Positions 12,903-26,049 of a DNA stretch of 64,000 bases are shown in pieces (positions within the stretch are counted from its first letter, which is position 1; each line of letters starts with the position of its first letter). Position numbers and translations under genes: made by a program. The notes under the pieces are model-generated. The model was not told the origin of the DNA. It saw only the letters and a list, made by a program, of their open reading frames with translations, and did no database searches. This DNA comes from Lama glama. Lineage: Eukaryota. Where the stretch lies: the NCBI GenBank assembly GCA_028534125.1, contig CM052816.1, forward strand, positions 44,518,001 through 44,582,000. The letters run 5' to 3'.

Positions 12903-15289
12903 TAAGTTGCTGAGCATGCAAATTACATTGAATATACAAATTAGGTAAGTAGAAATAATAAATGTTCCAAAGAAATCAAATATTTAATGTGTCTTGAGAA
13001 AGCTTGCTCATGAGAAAAATTCTTATCCAGGTTAAACAACATTGGAAACTTTGTTATAATGCATTAGAAACATTGTTGTAGGTATACTTAAATTTTCTCA
13101 AAGCTACATGGTGTTATCTGGAGTTAAAACCTACAATTTCAAAGGAGAGGGCAGTCTCATGAAATGAAAAGGTGCTTCCAGTTAGTGATCACTCAGCTGA
13201 ACACATCATTTTTGGTACTAAATAGAAAATCTGAAGAACTATGTAGAGAAATTAAACAAATTCATAAAGTATTTTCTCAGTATTTTGGGGAAAAAAGTTG
13301 TAGCATAGTAAGTTTTGGAATAAATCTTCATATTAGATTTCACCAATTACGGTTGTAAACAAAGATGGATCAAGAAGTAGCATTTCAACAAGCTTCATAG
13401 AATGTATCGTTTCTATATTGAACGCCACCAGGTACTGAGAATCACACAGACAAGAAGCCTGAGATGGAATGTCATTCTTGTATGTGTGCCTCTTTTCCCC
13501 ATGGAGATCACTTCTGTCCTTCTGTCCTATCCTTTCCTACGAGAACTTTTTCCTCCTAGGTAGCAGCCAGGTGCATCTACCAAAGATGCTTTTGTATCAC
13601 TTCTACTATCATCACTCAAAAGTTCAGACAAATTAAGCTTGAAAAATCTTCCCATAGCAAGGGGAAAACACATTTCCTAAATAAGGAAAAATGTGAAAGC
13701 TTTGTATAATCTTTGCAAATACTCACTTTCAATCAGATTATTTCATTTACTTTTCCATCAGTTACAGACATCTAAACAACAAAGATAACACATTTTAGAA
13801 AAAGATGAAGTATAATAAAGTCATGCTACTTTTAAACAAATTTTTGAATGATATGGGTGTATAACAAAAGTAAAATAAGAAAAGTTCAAAACTGTGTGCC
13901 TAATTTAATGACCCAGTAGGTTTGGGACTATTTATCAGCAGGGACTGTGTTTTATAATAACAAAAAGCAAACAAAAAATACAATTTTTACATTGTACTTA
14001 TGTATAAAACTAATGACATTATGTTAATTTAATTTTACAAAATATTTTAACTTGAAGAAATGTTTTGTGCTTAATCATGCTTTCATTTCCTGAGCAATGA
14101 GTATAATAAAGTTTACAAGACTGAAGAGTTTATCCTTTACTGTGCCTTAACTATTAAAATTGAAATCTGAAAAAAGAAAAAGCAAAAAATAGTCTAACCT
14201 TCTGATGATAGGTAAGCACCTGTGTTCTATGTCTCTTATAAATGAACAGTAACAGGGTGTTTCAAAAATCTTATTACTGATGCCAAGAGCCATATTTAAA
14301 TGGTGAGACACTGAACAATGAAGACAAGTGGGCTGCATTTGGTGAAGCAGCACTATAATTCTAACCTTCAAACACAAGTTAAAATTTCATGAGATTTGGA
14401 AATAAAGACAGTTATCCTGCAGTAACTTTCAGCTGCATGTGTAAAAAGGAGAGAAGAACTCACTAACTTTGACTCCTGTAACATTCAATTTCATTAATTT
14501 GATTCAGATACAAGTCATCATGGCTGAGAATTTCTTGAAAAATCAATCACTATGCAGGAGAAATGTTTGTTGAAATGATAATCAATGTACAAAATATGAT
14601 AGTGGTACAAAGCTTTTTTTTTTTCCCCAGAGAAAAACATGGAAAGTCAGAGCAATAGAAGAACACAGATAAAAATAACCACAGTAAGTTAGACTAAGTG
14701 TTACTATTGCTTTCTATACTCCAAACAGTATTCTAAATAAATAAATCTCTTTGAAAGTATAGAAAGAAATAAAGCCAAAAACCTTCACCAACAAGGATTC
14801 AGGATAGTTGAATGGCAAGATTAGTTCTAACAAACTATTGAAAATAAGAGAGGTAAAAGTTTTTTTCTCCCACTCTGAGGTGATTCTCACAAACGAGCCA
14901 ACACTACTTAATCTGCACATAGAACAATGAGGCAAAAATGATTTGCCTGCAGTGAAAATTAGTGAGGTAAATATGAGCTGTTTCCATCTATACTTAAAAT
15001 TTGTTTACTTCAAATCTAACATTCTCTTCCTGATCATTGTACTTGATATGGGTTGATCAACATGAGTGTATATGGAGTAGGAGCAATTTGAAAGTCTAAG
15101 CCATATGATCTTATAAATCTGAGATTTATTTAGACAAATGAATGAGAAATAAAACTGGAAGTTGTGCATGGTGTGTTATTAGGTGGCTGAAGATACTCTA
15201 GTAAGTTTGGTCAAGAGTCCTTGGGATTCCAATCAGAATGGCTAACCCAAAAGGATATAGAAGTCTTGTTCAGGTGGAGAATGAAGGAA

Positions 15290-16445
15290 GGAAGGAACAG
15301 AAGAAATACTTGAAACAATGGTAGAGAATTAAACCATAGATCCAGGAATCTCAGAGAGTACCAAGCAGGACAAATCCCAAAAGATTATACCTAGCCATAT
15401 CATTTTCAAACTTGAGAAAATCAAAGATAAAATTCTAAAAACATCACGTGGAGGGTGGGATGCTTTCCTACTGAGAAGCAAAGAACTGCATTCCACTTGT
15501 ACTCTGAAACTATGCCAACTAAGAAGAGTAGACTGAAATATTTACAGTACTGAGGGAGAAAAAAAGAGGAACAGAGAATATGGACAACAAGTAGAAAATA
15601 GTAGAAAAAAAATTTCCAATTATATTAAAAATCACTTTAAACATCAATAGTCTAAATATATCAATTAAAAATAGAGATTGTCATAGAGGATCAAAACATA
15701 AGAACCAAATATATGTAGTATATGTAGTCTATAAGAAACCTACTTTAAGACACATACATGTAAATACACAAATAGATTAAAAGTAAAAGAATGGAGAAAG
15801 ACATATCATGCTAACACTAATCAAAACAAAGGGTAGGGTAGCTATATCAATTTAAGACAGATCAGACTACACAGCAGGCAAGTTATCAGAGATCAAGATG
15901 GCCATTACATAATGATAAAGAGGTCAATGATTCCAGAAGACTTAACAATCCTTAATGTGTATGCACCTAACAACAGAGCATCAAGGTACATGAAACAAGA
16001 ACTGACAGAATAGCAAGGAGAAATAGATGAATCCACACTATCAGAGTTGGAGACTTGAATATCCTTCTACAAGAAATGCACAGATCCTGCAGGCAAAAAA
16101 TCAGTAAGTATATAGTTGAACTGAATAGCACCATCAGTCAACTGTATATAATTGACATCTATAGACTACTTCATCCAACCACAGCAGAATATACATTGTT
16201 TTCAAGCTTACATGAAATATTCACCAAGGTAGATCAAATCTGTGTCACAAAACATACCCTAACAAATTTTAAAGAATAGAAATCACATTTGATTTCAGAC
16301 CACAGTTGAATTAAACTAGAAAACAGTAACAAAGAAAGTTGGAAAATCCCAAAATACTGGGATATTAAACTCTACACGAAGGTCAAAAAATTCTTGAAAA
16401 CTTCAAAAATATTTTGAAAAAAATAAAAACTTACTAAGATGTGTG
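15290..16445 (+). mobile_element. L1 (L1MC-like) ORF1 end and ORF2 endonuclease remnant
   Basis: ORF 16055-16279 'RQKISKYIVELNSTISQLYIIDIYRLLHPTTAEYTLFSSLHEIFTKVDQI' is L1 endonuclease; 'aatccttaatgtgtatgcacctaacaacagagcatc' is the NxYAPN motif. Frameshifted. Confidence 0.92.
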
Positions 16446-16454
16446 AAATAAAAG

Positions 16455-17742
16455 TACCAGCAAGATGGCTAACTAGGAGGCTCCCCATTCATATCCAAAT
16501 GCAACAATTATTTAGTAGGCATCCATGGACAAAAAAACGCCTTTGCGGGAGCTTTGAGATCCAGGTAGGAGCTTGTAAAATCCCAGTGGAGCCGAAGGTA
16601 GTGGAGGGATATTTTGAGAAGGGAGGTCTGTGCCTTGGTGGCAGAACTGCCAAGTATGATCTTGACTACAAACCTGGAAACAGCCCCAGTCCCTAAAGGA
16701 TGCAGCTACACACTCATGTGGTCTTGGTCCTGCTACTAGTACCATCTGCCTAGGGATCTGAGAGGAGTCCTGTCTACGCAGGCCTTGGGTAACATCAGTC
16801 TTGCTTCTGACTGTGTACCTTGTAGAAGCCTGTGAACCATCTCACTATCTCAGTTGCAGTTCAAGAGCAGTCCTGCCCACCCAGTGAACCAAGAAACTGT
16901 CTGCCTCCCCCAGAGACAGCCTCGCAAACCTGAGTTGCAGCTGTGGGCTCTGAAGAAGCCCTGTGACTTCCATCCAGCCCCACTCAGAAACATCCCCAAG
17001 CCAGACTTGGCTGCCTGGCAAGCCATCCCACGGCATGACGGGAGCCCCCCAACAACCAAGGAACTGGCAGGAGCCAAACCCATCTATGCACCTGGGGAAA
17101 GGTTGGCCATCTAAGGACCCAACGGCAGATGCTTGTCCCGGCAGCAGCCCTACTGACCAAGTGCTGGAGGCAGTTTCACCTGTCCAGAGATCATACAGAA
17201 TCCATGCCCACCCAAGCCCCTGGTGACAGACCTAACGATGGTGAACCCTACTCAGGCAGCACAGCAGCCATGTGACCAGGCTCCAACTCCACATAATTGG
17301 GATCCCAGAAATAATCTCATCAGCCTAGGCATGATAGGAGAATGTCTTTACCTACCAAAACCAGTCTGTGAAGACTATAAGAGGTGTTTGCCCTTTCAAA
17401 TGCACGAGCACCAATGCAAGGCTGTAATGATCATGAAGGATCAGGCAAATATGACACCTCCAAAAGAAACTAAGAAAGCTTCAGTAACCACTCCAAAGAA
17501 ATGGACATCCACAAATGGCCTAACAAAGAAATCAAAATAGTAAACTTTAAAAGAAGTTCGATAAGATACAAGAGAACATAGACAACTAAATGGAATTAGG
17601 AAAACAATCCATGAACAAAATGAGAACTTTAATAAAAACATAGAAACTGTTAAAAATAACCAAATAGAAATTCTGAAACTGAAGAACGCCATGATGGAAC
17701 AGAAAAATTCAACAGACAGCGTCAACAGCAGACTTAATCATG
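16455..17742 (+). mobile_element. L1 5' UTR and ORF1 N-terminal coiled coil (L1MA-like), 3'-truncated
   Basis: Begins 'caagatggct' (L1 5' start motif), has a GC-richer UTR, then ORF1-like 'MKDQANMTPPKETKKASVT' and 'aaccaaatagaaattctgaaactgaagaac'. Confidence 0.85.
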
Positions 17743-17749
17743 AAGTATC

Positions 17750-18420
17750 ATGGGGGCTACTATATTCTTTGTCTTTTGCCTCTCCATATAAAATTCAGAA
17801 TTTTTTAAAATTGATATCCACAAAATAACTTACTTGGATTTAGATCGGGATTGGATTGAATCTGTAGATCAAATTGGGAAGAAGTGTTATCTTGACAGTC
17901 ATAAGTCTTCCTATCCAGGAATATGGAATATTTCTCTATTTAGTTGATTTAGGTCATCAGATTCCTGTAGTTTTTCTCACATAGACCTTGCATATATTTC
18001 GCTAGGCTCACACTTAAGTATTTAATTTTGGGGTATGCTAATATAAATGGTAATATGTTTTTAATTTCAATTTCCACTTGTTTTTTAGCTATTGTATAGG
18101 AAAGTGATTCACTTTTGTAATATTAACCTTGCATCTTGGAGCCTTGCTATAACTGCTTCTTAACTCCAAGAATTGTGTTGTCAGTTCTTTCAAACTTTTC
18201 TACATAGTCAATCATGTCATCTGCAAACAGTTTTATTTCTTCCTTCTCAATCTGTTTACTTTATTTCCTTTTTTTGTGTGTGTAATTGCACTAGCAAGGA
18301 CCTACAGTTTATAGGAGTGGTGAGTGGTAAACTTTGAGTTTCTCACCATCACATGTGATGTTAGCTTTAGGTATTTTGTAGATGTTTCTTATCAAGTTGA
18401 GTAATCTCTCTTCTATTCCT
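17750..18420 (-). mobile_element. L1 ORF2 fragment (L1MC-like), inverted
   Basis: Antisense ORF2 motifs 'gattgaatctgtagatcaaattgggaagaa' and 'atcatgtcatctgcaaacag' (the LFADDMI RT motif on the minus strand). Confidence 0.9.
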
Positions 18421-18680
18421 CGGCACAGAGAATTTCTAGCACAGTGAAATGATTATGTGCGATACTACACTGATAGATTCATGTCACTGCACAGTTGCCC
18501 AAACACACAGAAGGTACAACACCAAGGGTGAGCCCTAAGGTAAACTATGAAATTTATGTGATGTTTTGTCAGTGGAGGTTCAGTGTAGGTCAATATAGTG
18601 GACTCCTCTGCACTTTCTAGCCGATTTTGCTATGAACCTAAAACTACTGCTAAAAAATACATTTTATTAAAAATGTAGTT
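18421..18680 (+). mobile_element. L1MC-type 3' end
   Basis: 'cacagaaggtacaacaccaagggtgagccctaaggtaaactatg...ttttgctatgaacctaaaactactgctaaaaaa'. Confidence 0.85.
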
Positions 18681-19544
18681 TTAAAACTTTGCTGCAGTAA
18701 CATATAGCTGCTTATTCTTTACAGTCTCTGATTGGCAAAGGTTTTCTCTTCCTTTCTTTAATAGTGTTGCTCTAATCTTCCTTAGCCTTTCGGATTTTCT
18801 AGCTTAGAATCCGTGTGTCATACTGGCTATCCATTCTTGTAATTTTTCCAGCTAATGCTAACATTGTCCTACGTGATTAATATGATTGGAGCTATAGATT
18901 CTGAAAGTAGTGAGAACTAAGCTTAGGGGTATGGAAAAAAATACATCAGACTACCTTTGAAAGGTAATCTTCTCAGGTTATGTCATGAGGCAGGGCTAGA
19001 CTCTCCATCACTGCACCTCTGCTCATCCAGGAGGCTCATCAGAGTGTTGGGTATTTGGGCTCAGACATTTCTAAGCCTATTTAATTGCCCTTATTCTAAT
19101 CCTCAGGGGCCTATTCTCTCCCAATAAGTGTTCTGACATTTATACAAGAAATCTGGCAAAGCTGTGTATTGAACTTACGTTGAAATTCAACAAACAGCAG
19201 ATTCTAGCTACACATCTAATTTCCAGCTGAGTAAGGCTTTCAGTTACAAGGAATGAGAGATACTTTTAGGGCCTTCACAAAAACCCCTTGGTCACTGATC
19301 TTAACAAGGCATGAAATTATTGTCTTTCTTTATCCTCTTTGTTGTATTGACAGAGTCAGCCTTGTACACCCCATTCTCCCCTCAGCAGTCTGTAACAGAA
19401 AACTCTTGGTCTGCCAAAGACTAGCCTTAATTAGACACCTCATTCCATGTAATTCTAGGTAATAATGTAGTCATTCATCTTACCTCAACATACCACAGAT
19501 TTCCGTATTTCTAGCAGTAATGGAAATCAGATTTCAAACCACCA

Positions 19545-19920
19545 AGCCATATTCCCATCCTTCAGTGGCTCTAAGTATTGTAAGTAGGAAATGATTTAAT
19601 TCAGGAAATTAAGTGCTTATAAAAAAATGCCAAAGAGTTGAGGATATGTGTTCTAGATGTAGAATGATTTCCAGAATATTCTGCTGACCCCATAGCTTGA
19701 TAAGAGCTATTACCTCTGGAGGCATAATGGAATCAAGATGCTACCACAACTGCTGTCAGGATAACTGCCTCTGGATACCCAGGGAGCTGGACAAAGAACC
19801 AACTGTGATCCTGGCATTAGCCAGATCAGGAAGACTCTTCTGCTACTCATGCCTTTATAATGGTGCCTGGACATTCTGTAAGCTGAGGAATGGATGATAG
19901 ACTGAAGCAGAGAAAGTTCA
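19545..19920. mobile_element. Possible ancient ERVL-type LTR fragment
   Basis: 'gtaggaaatgatttaattcaggaaattaagtgcttataa...' resembles old LTR families; not assigned. Confidence 0.35.
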
Positions 19921-20577
19921 TGTTGCTCAACAACTTATTACTACTTGTATTGTTTTATAATCCCTTGCAAGTTTGTACATGTACATATGTAATACATATA
20001 ATTTTTCATTAACTCTTCAAGACTCCTATATGCATTTTTCATTTTTAGGTTGGTCTAGTTTTATTTTGTCTGTAGTAAGAAATTCTCAATTGCTGATCTT
20101 TTTAAGTAATTTTGTTAATTTACCACTATGTTTTCAAATTGATTTAGAGACTTAAGCTAGGCAGGTTTTTTTAAGTTTTATTGTTCCTGTTCTCACTTCT
20201 ATGCTCAACTATTTCTGTGCAAAGAATTTCCGTTTTCCTCCACAGGTGCTTTTGGTTTCCTCATCCAAAAGTAGGTCTTCTGTTGAATCCTGGTGGCTCT
20301 TACCCTCAGGGGATATTGGAAATATCACATGTCTGGTCTCTCTTCCCACAGAGCAGTGGAATATTTCCATGACATTTGTAGCTATGCTGAGCTCAAGTAG
20401 AGTTGCAGCTTCAGCTCCAGTAAACACAGTGGACATTCTCTTTTGATCCATGGCAATTCTTATTTTTGAAAATGACTGTCGCTTTTTAATTTTTTTTTTT
20501 AACTATTTTACCATTGCTATGAGTTTTATATTGTGGAATGGCCTCAAATGTGAGCTTTATTAGTATCTTTTAGAATG

Positions 20578-20612
20578 AATGTGTGTGTGTGTGTATGTAT
20601 GTGTGCGTGTAT
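20578..20612. repeat. Imperfect (TG)n microsatellite
   Basis: Directly visible. Confidence 0.85.
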
Positions 20613-21959
20613 ACACAGGGTGGCAGGGTAGAAGCATACCAAAGAAATGTGCTGCAGAATTCCAGAGGTGGCCTGAGTGAGACATGAGACAGTTGAACCA
20701 GGTCTTAAAGGCATGGCGAGGTTCTGGAATGAAGGATTCTGGGCCAGTCATGGGGAACTAACTGGAAGCTGCAGCAGAGATGATGGAATCCAAGGAAACA
20801 TTCTCACTTTGGTGAAGGGAGATTTCTTCAGTGGACAGCTGGTACCAGCTCTGAGAGCCCTTACCTCCGTTTTCTGCCGTGATGTGGGTCATGTATGTAT
20901 TCTCTATCGTATCATAAGGACAGTGCTAATGTGTCATTCTTGTAAGCATCCAAACATGTATCTGTATTCCAATTAAAAAAAAAAATGACACACCCACACG
21001 TAACTTAGAGATAGAAAGTTTTTCTTGTACCACATCGGCCAGACACAAAACCAGATACTGAAAGCAGGCAATTTCAAGTGTGGCAAAGTCACAATGAACA
21101 AACGCCTGCTAGAGTCTGACAGCCAGGCAAGGGGCTATGCATATCAACACAATCTTCAGGTGCAGATCTGACCAGCACCCTGCTAGATGGTGTTGAGAGT
21201 CAAGCAAAAGTCAGGCACAGTTTTTAAACACACTGTTTGTATTGAATTTTTTTCATTTAAAAAGAGGAAGTACCAACAAAAGGAAAGAAAAAAACTTCGA
21301 AGAAGGTTCCTCTGAACATGATTTACCACTGGAAAAAGAAGAAAGCTTTAGAAAATGCTTTGAGGCTTTAGGGTTAAAATGGTAGTACATAAACGTGTAA
21401 TACTGTTTGTTCCTGTCAAAGTGAACCAAAGAAAATACTATGGGCCTAAATCTGGGAAAGATTTCTGCTTAATAATTCTTGACATATTTTTGTACTGTAG
21501 ATAGAACAATCCATACTCTGGACCAAAATAAATCCTCCAAATAAGATAGGATAAGTACAAAAATGCAAAATACAGTGAACAACCCTATCGCCAACAAGTA
21601 TTGGCTTCCTTCCCTCTTACACCTAAGTAGAACTATGTTGATTCAACCGTTATATTCAGAAGTACAGAACTGAAAAAAAGCAAGGAGCAGTACCATGGAA
21701 GAAGTAAGGATTTAGCATTATTATGTTCAAAGAAGAATTCCAACAGCAAATGAATATTGGAACAGGAGAAGTTTAGCACTGAAGCAGCAGATGATGGAAG
21801 CTCAGTTTACAGAACTACTTTACGAATTGCAAATCAAGCTTAGGATGGTGCTTCAGGCTGAGACAGAAGAGGATAAACCACCTACCATCAAGTAAATAGT
21901 GACAGGGGCTGTGAGACTGCGGCGTCTACCCTGAGGGCAAACACTCTGCCCACCTAAGG

Positions 21960-22440
21960 TGAATAAAAATACATCTAAATTACTACCTCAGTATAAAGAA
22001 CAAGGAAATTATACTTAATAGTCAAGGGAAACAATAACTTTGAAAATAACCTTCACAAGGAAAATATATACCTAAAAAATAAAAATCAAGCAGCAGCTTG
22101 TTGTCCTCAAAATAATGCAAGAGGAAGTGAGTTATAGGAAGCAGAAGTAAGAAGCCTTAAGGATAAAACTGACTGAGTTAAGATGGAAAGGGTGCTGGCA
22201 GCATAAAAGAGTGGCATAATAAAAATCCACATTGGAGGTGGTCCCAATTGGATTTGATCACAGAAAATCAAGTCAGTGGTATGAAGGATAAATTTGAGAA
22301 ACTTATGCAGAATGCAGAGAGAAAGATTAAAAACTAAGATAATGTGTATAAGGAAGGCATAAAAATCCAATCTAGAAATTTAAATTATTAGTTTTCCAGA
22401 GGAAAAAACAAAAATGTCACAATGCACAGTGACCCAGACA
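21960..22440 (+). mobile_element. Ancient L1/HAL1 ORF1-like remnant
   Basis: A-rich, coiled-coil-coding-like text ('aatcaagtcagtggtatgaaggataaatttgagaaactt') typical of decayed ORF1. Confidence 0.5.
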
Positions 22441-22559
22441 ATTACTTCTCGATCTCCAAAACAAACAACAAAAGAAAACCTGAATGTATACAGATAAGCT
22501 ATGAAATCGGCTCATTGAGAGTATACCACAGCCTCCTTTGGATGGACCTTTAACTGATG

Positions 22560-24505
22560 CAGCCTTTTGCTCTTATAAATAACCTATATGAGAAGCTTTG
22601 CGTGTGTTTTGCTTTCTATTGTGGAGATCTGCCTTGAGGCTGTATTCCAATCAGTGGAATTTCCAGGTCAAAGAGAAAAATATGTGGTTTTTTTTTTTCT
22701 GATAGTGCCCAATATCCTCTAATGGATTTGTATAATTTTTCATGCTGATCAGTCATACATGAGAATGACTGCTCTCCAAAGCTTTGCCAACTGAGTTTAT
22801 GGCCAAACTTTTGGACTTCTGCCACTCTGCTAGTAAGAAGTGGTATTTCAGTGCAATTTTGATTTACATTTCTCTTTGTGTAAGTGATGTTGAAGACATA
22901 CTCATTTTTGTGGGGAATTTGCCTTTTCTTTGAATTGATTCTCATTTATTTCCACTTTACTAATTAAGATTTGGTGTGCTCAATTTTAAGAGCTATTTCT
23001 TTGGAGATTATTCCTTTAAGAGAAAAGCTGGTAATTTCTTCTAGTTCTTCACTTCGACTTTGCTTACAGAGCTTCTCTTACACAGACTTTAAAAGTATAT
23101 TTTTAAATTTATCAATTAGATCTGTTACTGATACTGAATTTTGAATCATACTACAAAGGTTTTTATATTCCAAGGCTATAAAGGAATTCATCCTCATTTT
23201 ATACTAGTAAATCTATGGTTTTTATTTTACATACAGATTTCTGACCCATTTATATTTTACCAAATGGCTACCCAGATACCTCAAAATTTTTAAAGTCTTT
23301 GTTTCCCCCACCATACACACACTCATTTCTGAAGCTACATATACCACATTCATCTTATATTTTAGCATCTATTTCTGGATTTCCATTCTATTCCATTGGT
23401 CTATCTATTCATGTGCCAAATATGCAATTTAAATTTACGCTGTTAATAAAGATTTTACACAATATGTTATCATATTTGGGAGAGCTACCCTTTTTTTCCT
23501 ACATTCAGACTTTGCCTATTTGTTTTTGATTATTTTTCTATAGGAATGTTTACTGAGATTGCAACTGATTTATATACTAAGTTTAGACCTAAATCCTAAT
23601 GATGTGGAATTATCTTACCTAAGAACACTAATGTCTATTTATTACTCTTGATTATCGTAATATTCAGATATATTTGAAGTTTCTAAATTTTGTACTTTTC
23701 TCATTTATGATCCTAGGTAATTCTCCTTTACCCACTTTGAAATCTCTTTTCACTGTGTCTTCTAATGGTTCACAGTATACTACATGACGGCTAATGGTTT
23801 TTATATATTGATTTTTACATCCTGTTACCCCAATAAATAATCTTATTGTCATTCTCTTGGGTTGTGATCGGGTACACTATGATATCATACTTTTCCAGTG
23901 CTCATGCCTCTTAATTTCTGTTGCCTGATTGCATTTATTAACACCTACAATATCTCCAATAAAATCCTATTGATGATAGTGTGAATACTTTCAATTTTCC
24001 TTACTCTATCGGAAAAATGTTTTCTCGTTTTAGAAAGATGCTGACTTTTGAAATGAGGTACATATTCCTTACCTTATTAAGGAACTATTCATTGATTTCT
24101 CTTCCATTAACTTTTTTCCTTCATTTTTTAAAATCGAGTAGTTATCGGATTTTATTGAATGCCTTTCTAGCATTAATGGAGGTGATCGTAAGATTTCTTT
24201 TATGAGTTAATATGTGAATTACATTGATTTCCTAATGTTAAACTATATTCAAATTCCTGCAATAAACTTGGCCATGATTTATTATTTCTTAATATGCTAG
24301 AATTCTGTGCGTTTATTTAGGTTTTTCATCAATCTCCAGTTTTCTCTATAATGTACAGACTGTACATATGCGTTAAGGTCTCCTTTTAAAACATATCTGG
24401 AGTTTTTTTTTTTTCATACTCTAAGATTTTAGCAGCATTGCGATTATCTGGTTTTTGTTTAATTGGTACAATTCCCTGTAATACCATTTTGCCTTTGTGG
24501 TTTTT

Positions 24506-24537
<32 letters not shown>

Positions 24538-25750
24538 TAAGAGGTGTGGAGCTGGGATGGGATGTGGTCATAGGTCTTCGATAACTTTTTCCATTCTAGT
24601 GAAGTTAGTCTGGTTTAACTTTGTCTTCTTGGGACAATTTGCGTATGTCATATTTTCTTAAATTATCTAATTCATTTAAGCTTTTGCTATTTGTAGATCT
24701 ATATGTAAAGTAGTCTCATATTCTTTTTCTTAATTTCCTGGGTTTCAATATTTGGCCTTCTAAATTCTTATTTTGTATATTTGTGCTCTTTTAATTTTAT
24801 TGATTAAATTATTTAGCAATTGGTCTATTTCTCTATTCTTTCCCAAGAACTAGCATTTTATTTATTATTTCACTAATTTTTCTCATGTCTACTTATTTTC
24901 TATCTTTACCTTCATTTCTTTCAGAATACTTTATTATTTAATGACTATTTTCCATCTCTATATTGATTCAGCATTTAGTTATGAATATTGCTCTGGTTAA
25001 TGTTTTAATTGTATTTTGTAGATTCTGATCTATAGTATTTTTTCTTATCATTTTTTAAAGAAACACTTGTTCTATTTAATAGGTTTTTAAACAAAGTTTA
25101 AAATTTCCAGGTGGAAGAGATTTGTGAGTTTTTAAATCTTTATTATTTTTAGCTTTAATTTCTTTACAGTGATGAGATAATATCTTTTGTATTATTTTTA
25201 CCTTATTAAACTTACTGAGTTTTCTTTGTAAACTCATATATGCTCACTTTAAAATTATGTGTTCTATCAGTGATACAAAGTAAATATACATTTTTAAGGG
25301 CTCCTAAGTCTCTTAGGTTTTTCTACTCTCTTACCTTTATTTTGGCCACTTGATCTTTCCATAGCTCAGCCTCTGTCATAATCCTATTTTATTGTGCTTC
25401 TATTTTTTGCATCTTCTGAAGTTTCCACATCATGGAGATGCTATCATGTTCCTTGATGTATAAGTGTTCATAATTGTCTTATCTTCATTTTAAATTGTGA
25501 AATATATATATACACACACATATGTATTAATCATTGTATTATTCAAAGCTTTATTTTTACTAAAATTTATCTTGGCAAATATCAATTATAAACCCTGCTT
25601 TTAATTTTTGTTTTTATTTTCTACATCCATTTGTTCCTGTACTTTTATCCTTCTGAAGTTTATATTCAGGTTACAGTTGGGTTTTACTCCATGATGCAAT
25701 CAAAATGTATTTTTGTATGTGAGCTGAACCCTACTTAATGATTTTAAATG
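22560..25750 (-). mobile_element. Highly diverged L1 (L1ME-like) ORF2 and 3' region
   Basis: Long T-rich tract with L1 antisense motifs such as 'gtggaatttccaggtcaaagag', 'ttattgaatgcctttctagcattaatggaggtgatcgta' and 'ttctattccattggtctatctatt'. Confidence 0.8.
24500..24538. repeat. (TTTTG)n simple repeat
   Basis: Directly visible. Confidence 0.9.
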
Positions 25751-26049
25751 TTTAATATAGTTTTAAGAGTGTTTAAAAAATAAAAGGTAACAATTAATAC
25801 ATTTAACAAAAATAACTTACTAGTTATGGCATATATCCAAAAGGAGTGTAAAAAGAAATTAAAAATCAAACTGAAGATTCTCACCTATTGCTTACTACCC
25901 AAGAGTTTGGTCATTTAAATTATATCCTAAAGTCTGTTTCTCTAAATAGAAATAACAGTAGTATTTACATCATAGCATTGTTGAAAAGCTTATGAGTTGC
26001 TAGTTTAAATAGTACTTGGTACATTGTATGAAGTATTTTTTATTTTCAG

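Noticed and set aside
16055..17725. Cluster of overlapping 60-105 aa ORFs
   Set aside because: All lie in decayed L1 sequence; frameshifted and not a cellular gene.
21240..21960. A-rich, mRNA-like stretch considered as a processed pseudogene
   Set aside because: No sustained reading frame or recognisable parent; adjacent to an old L1/HAL1 remnant and probably part of it.
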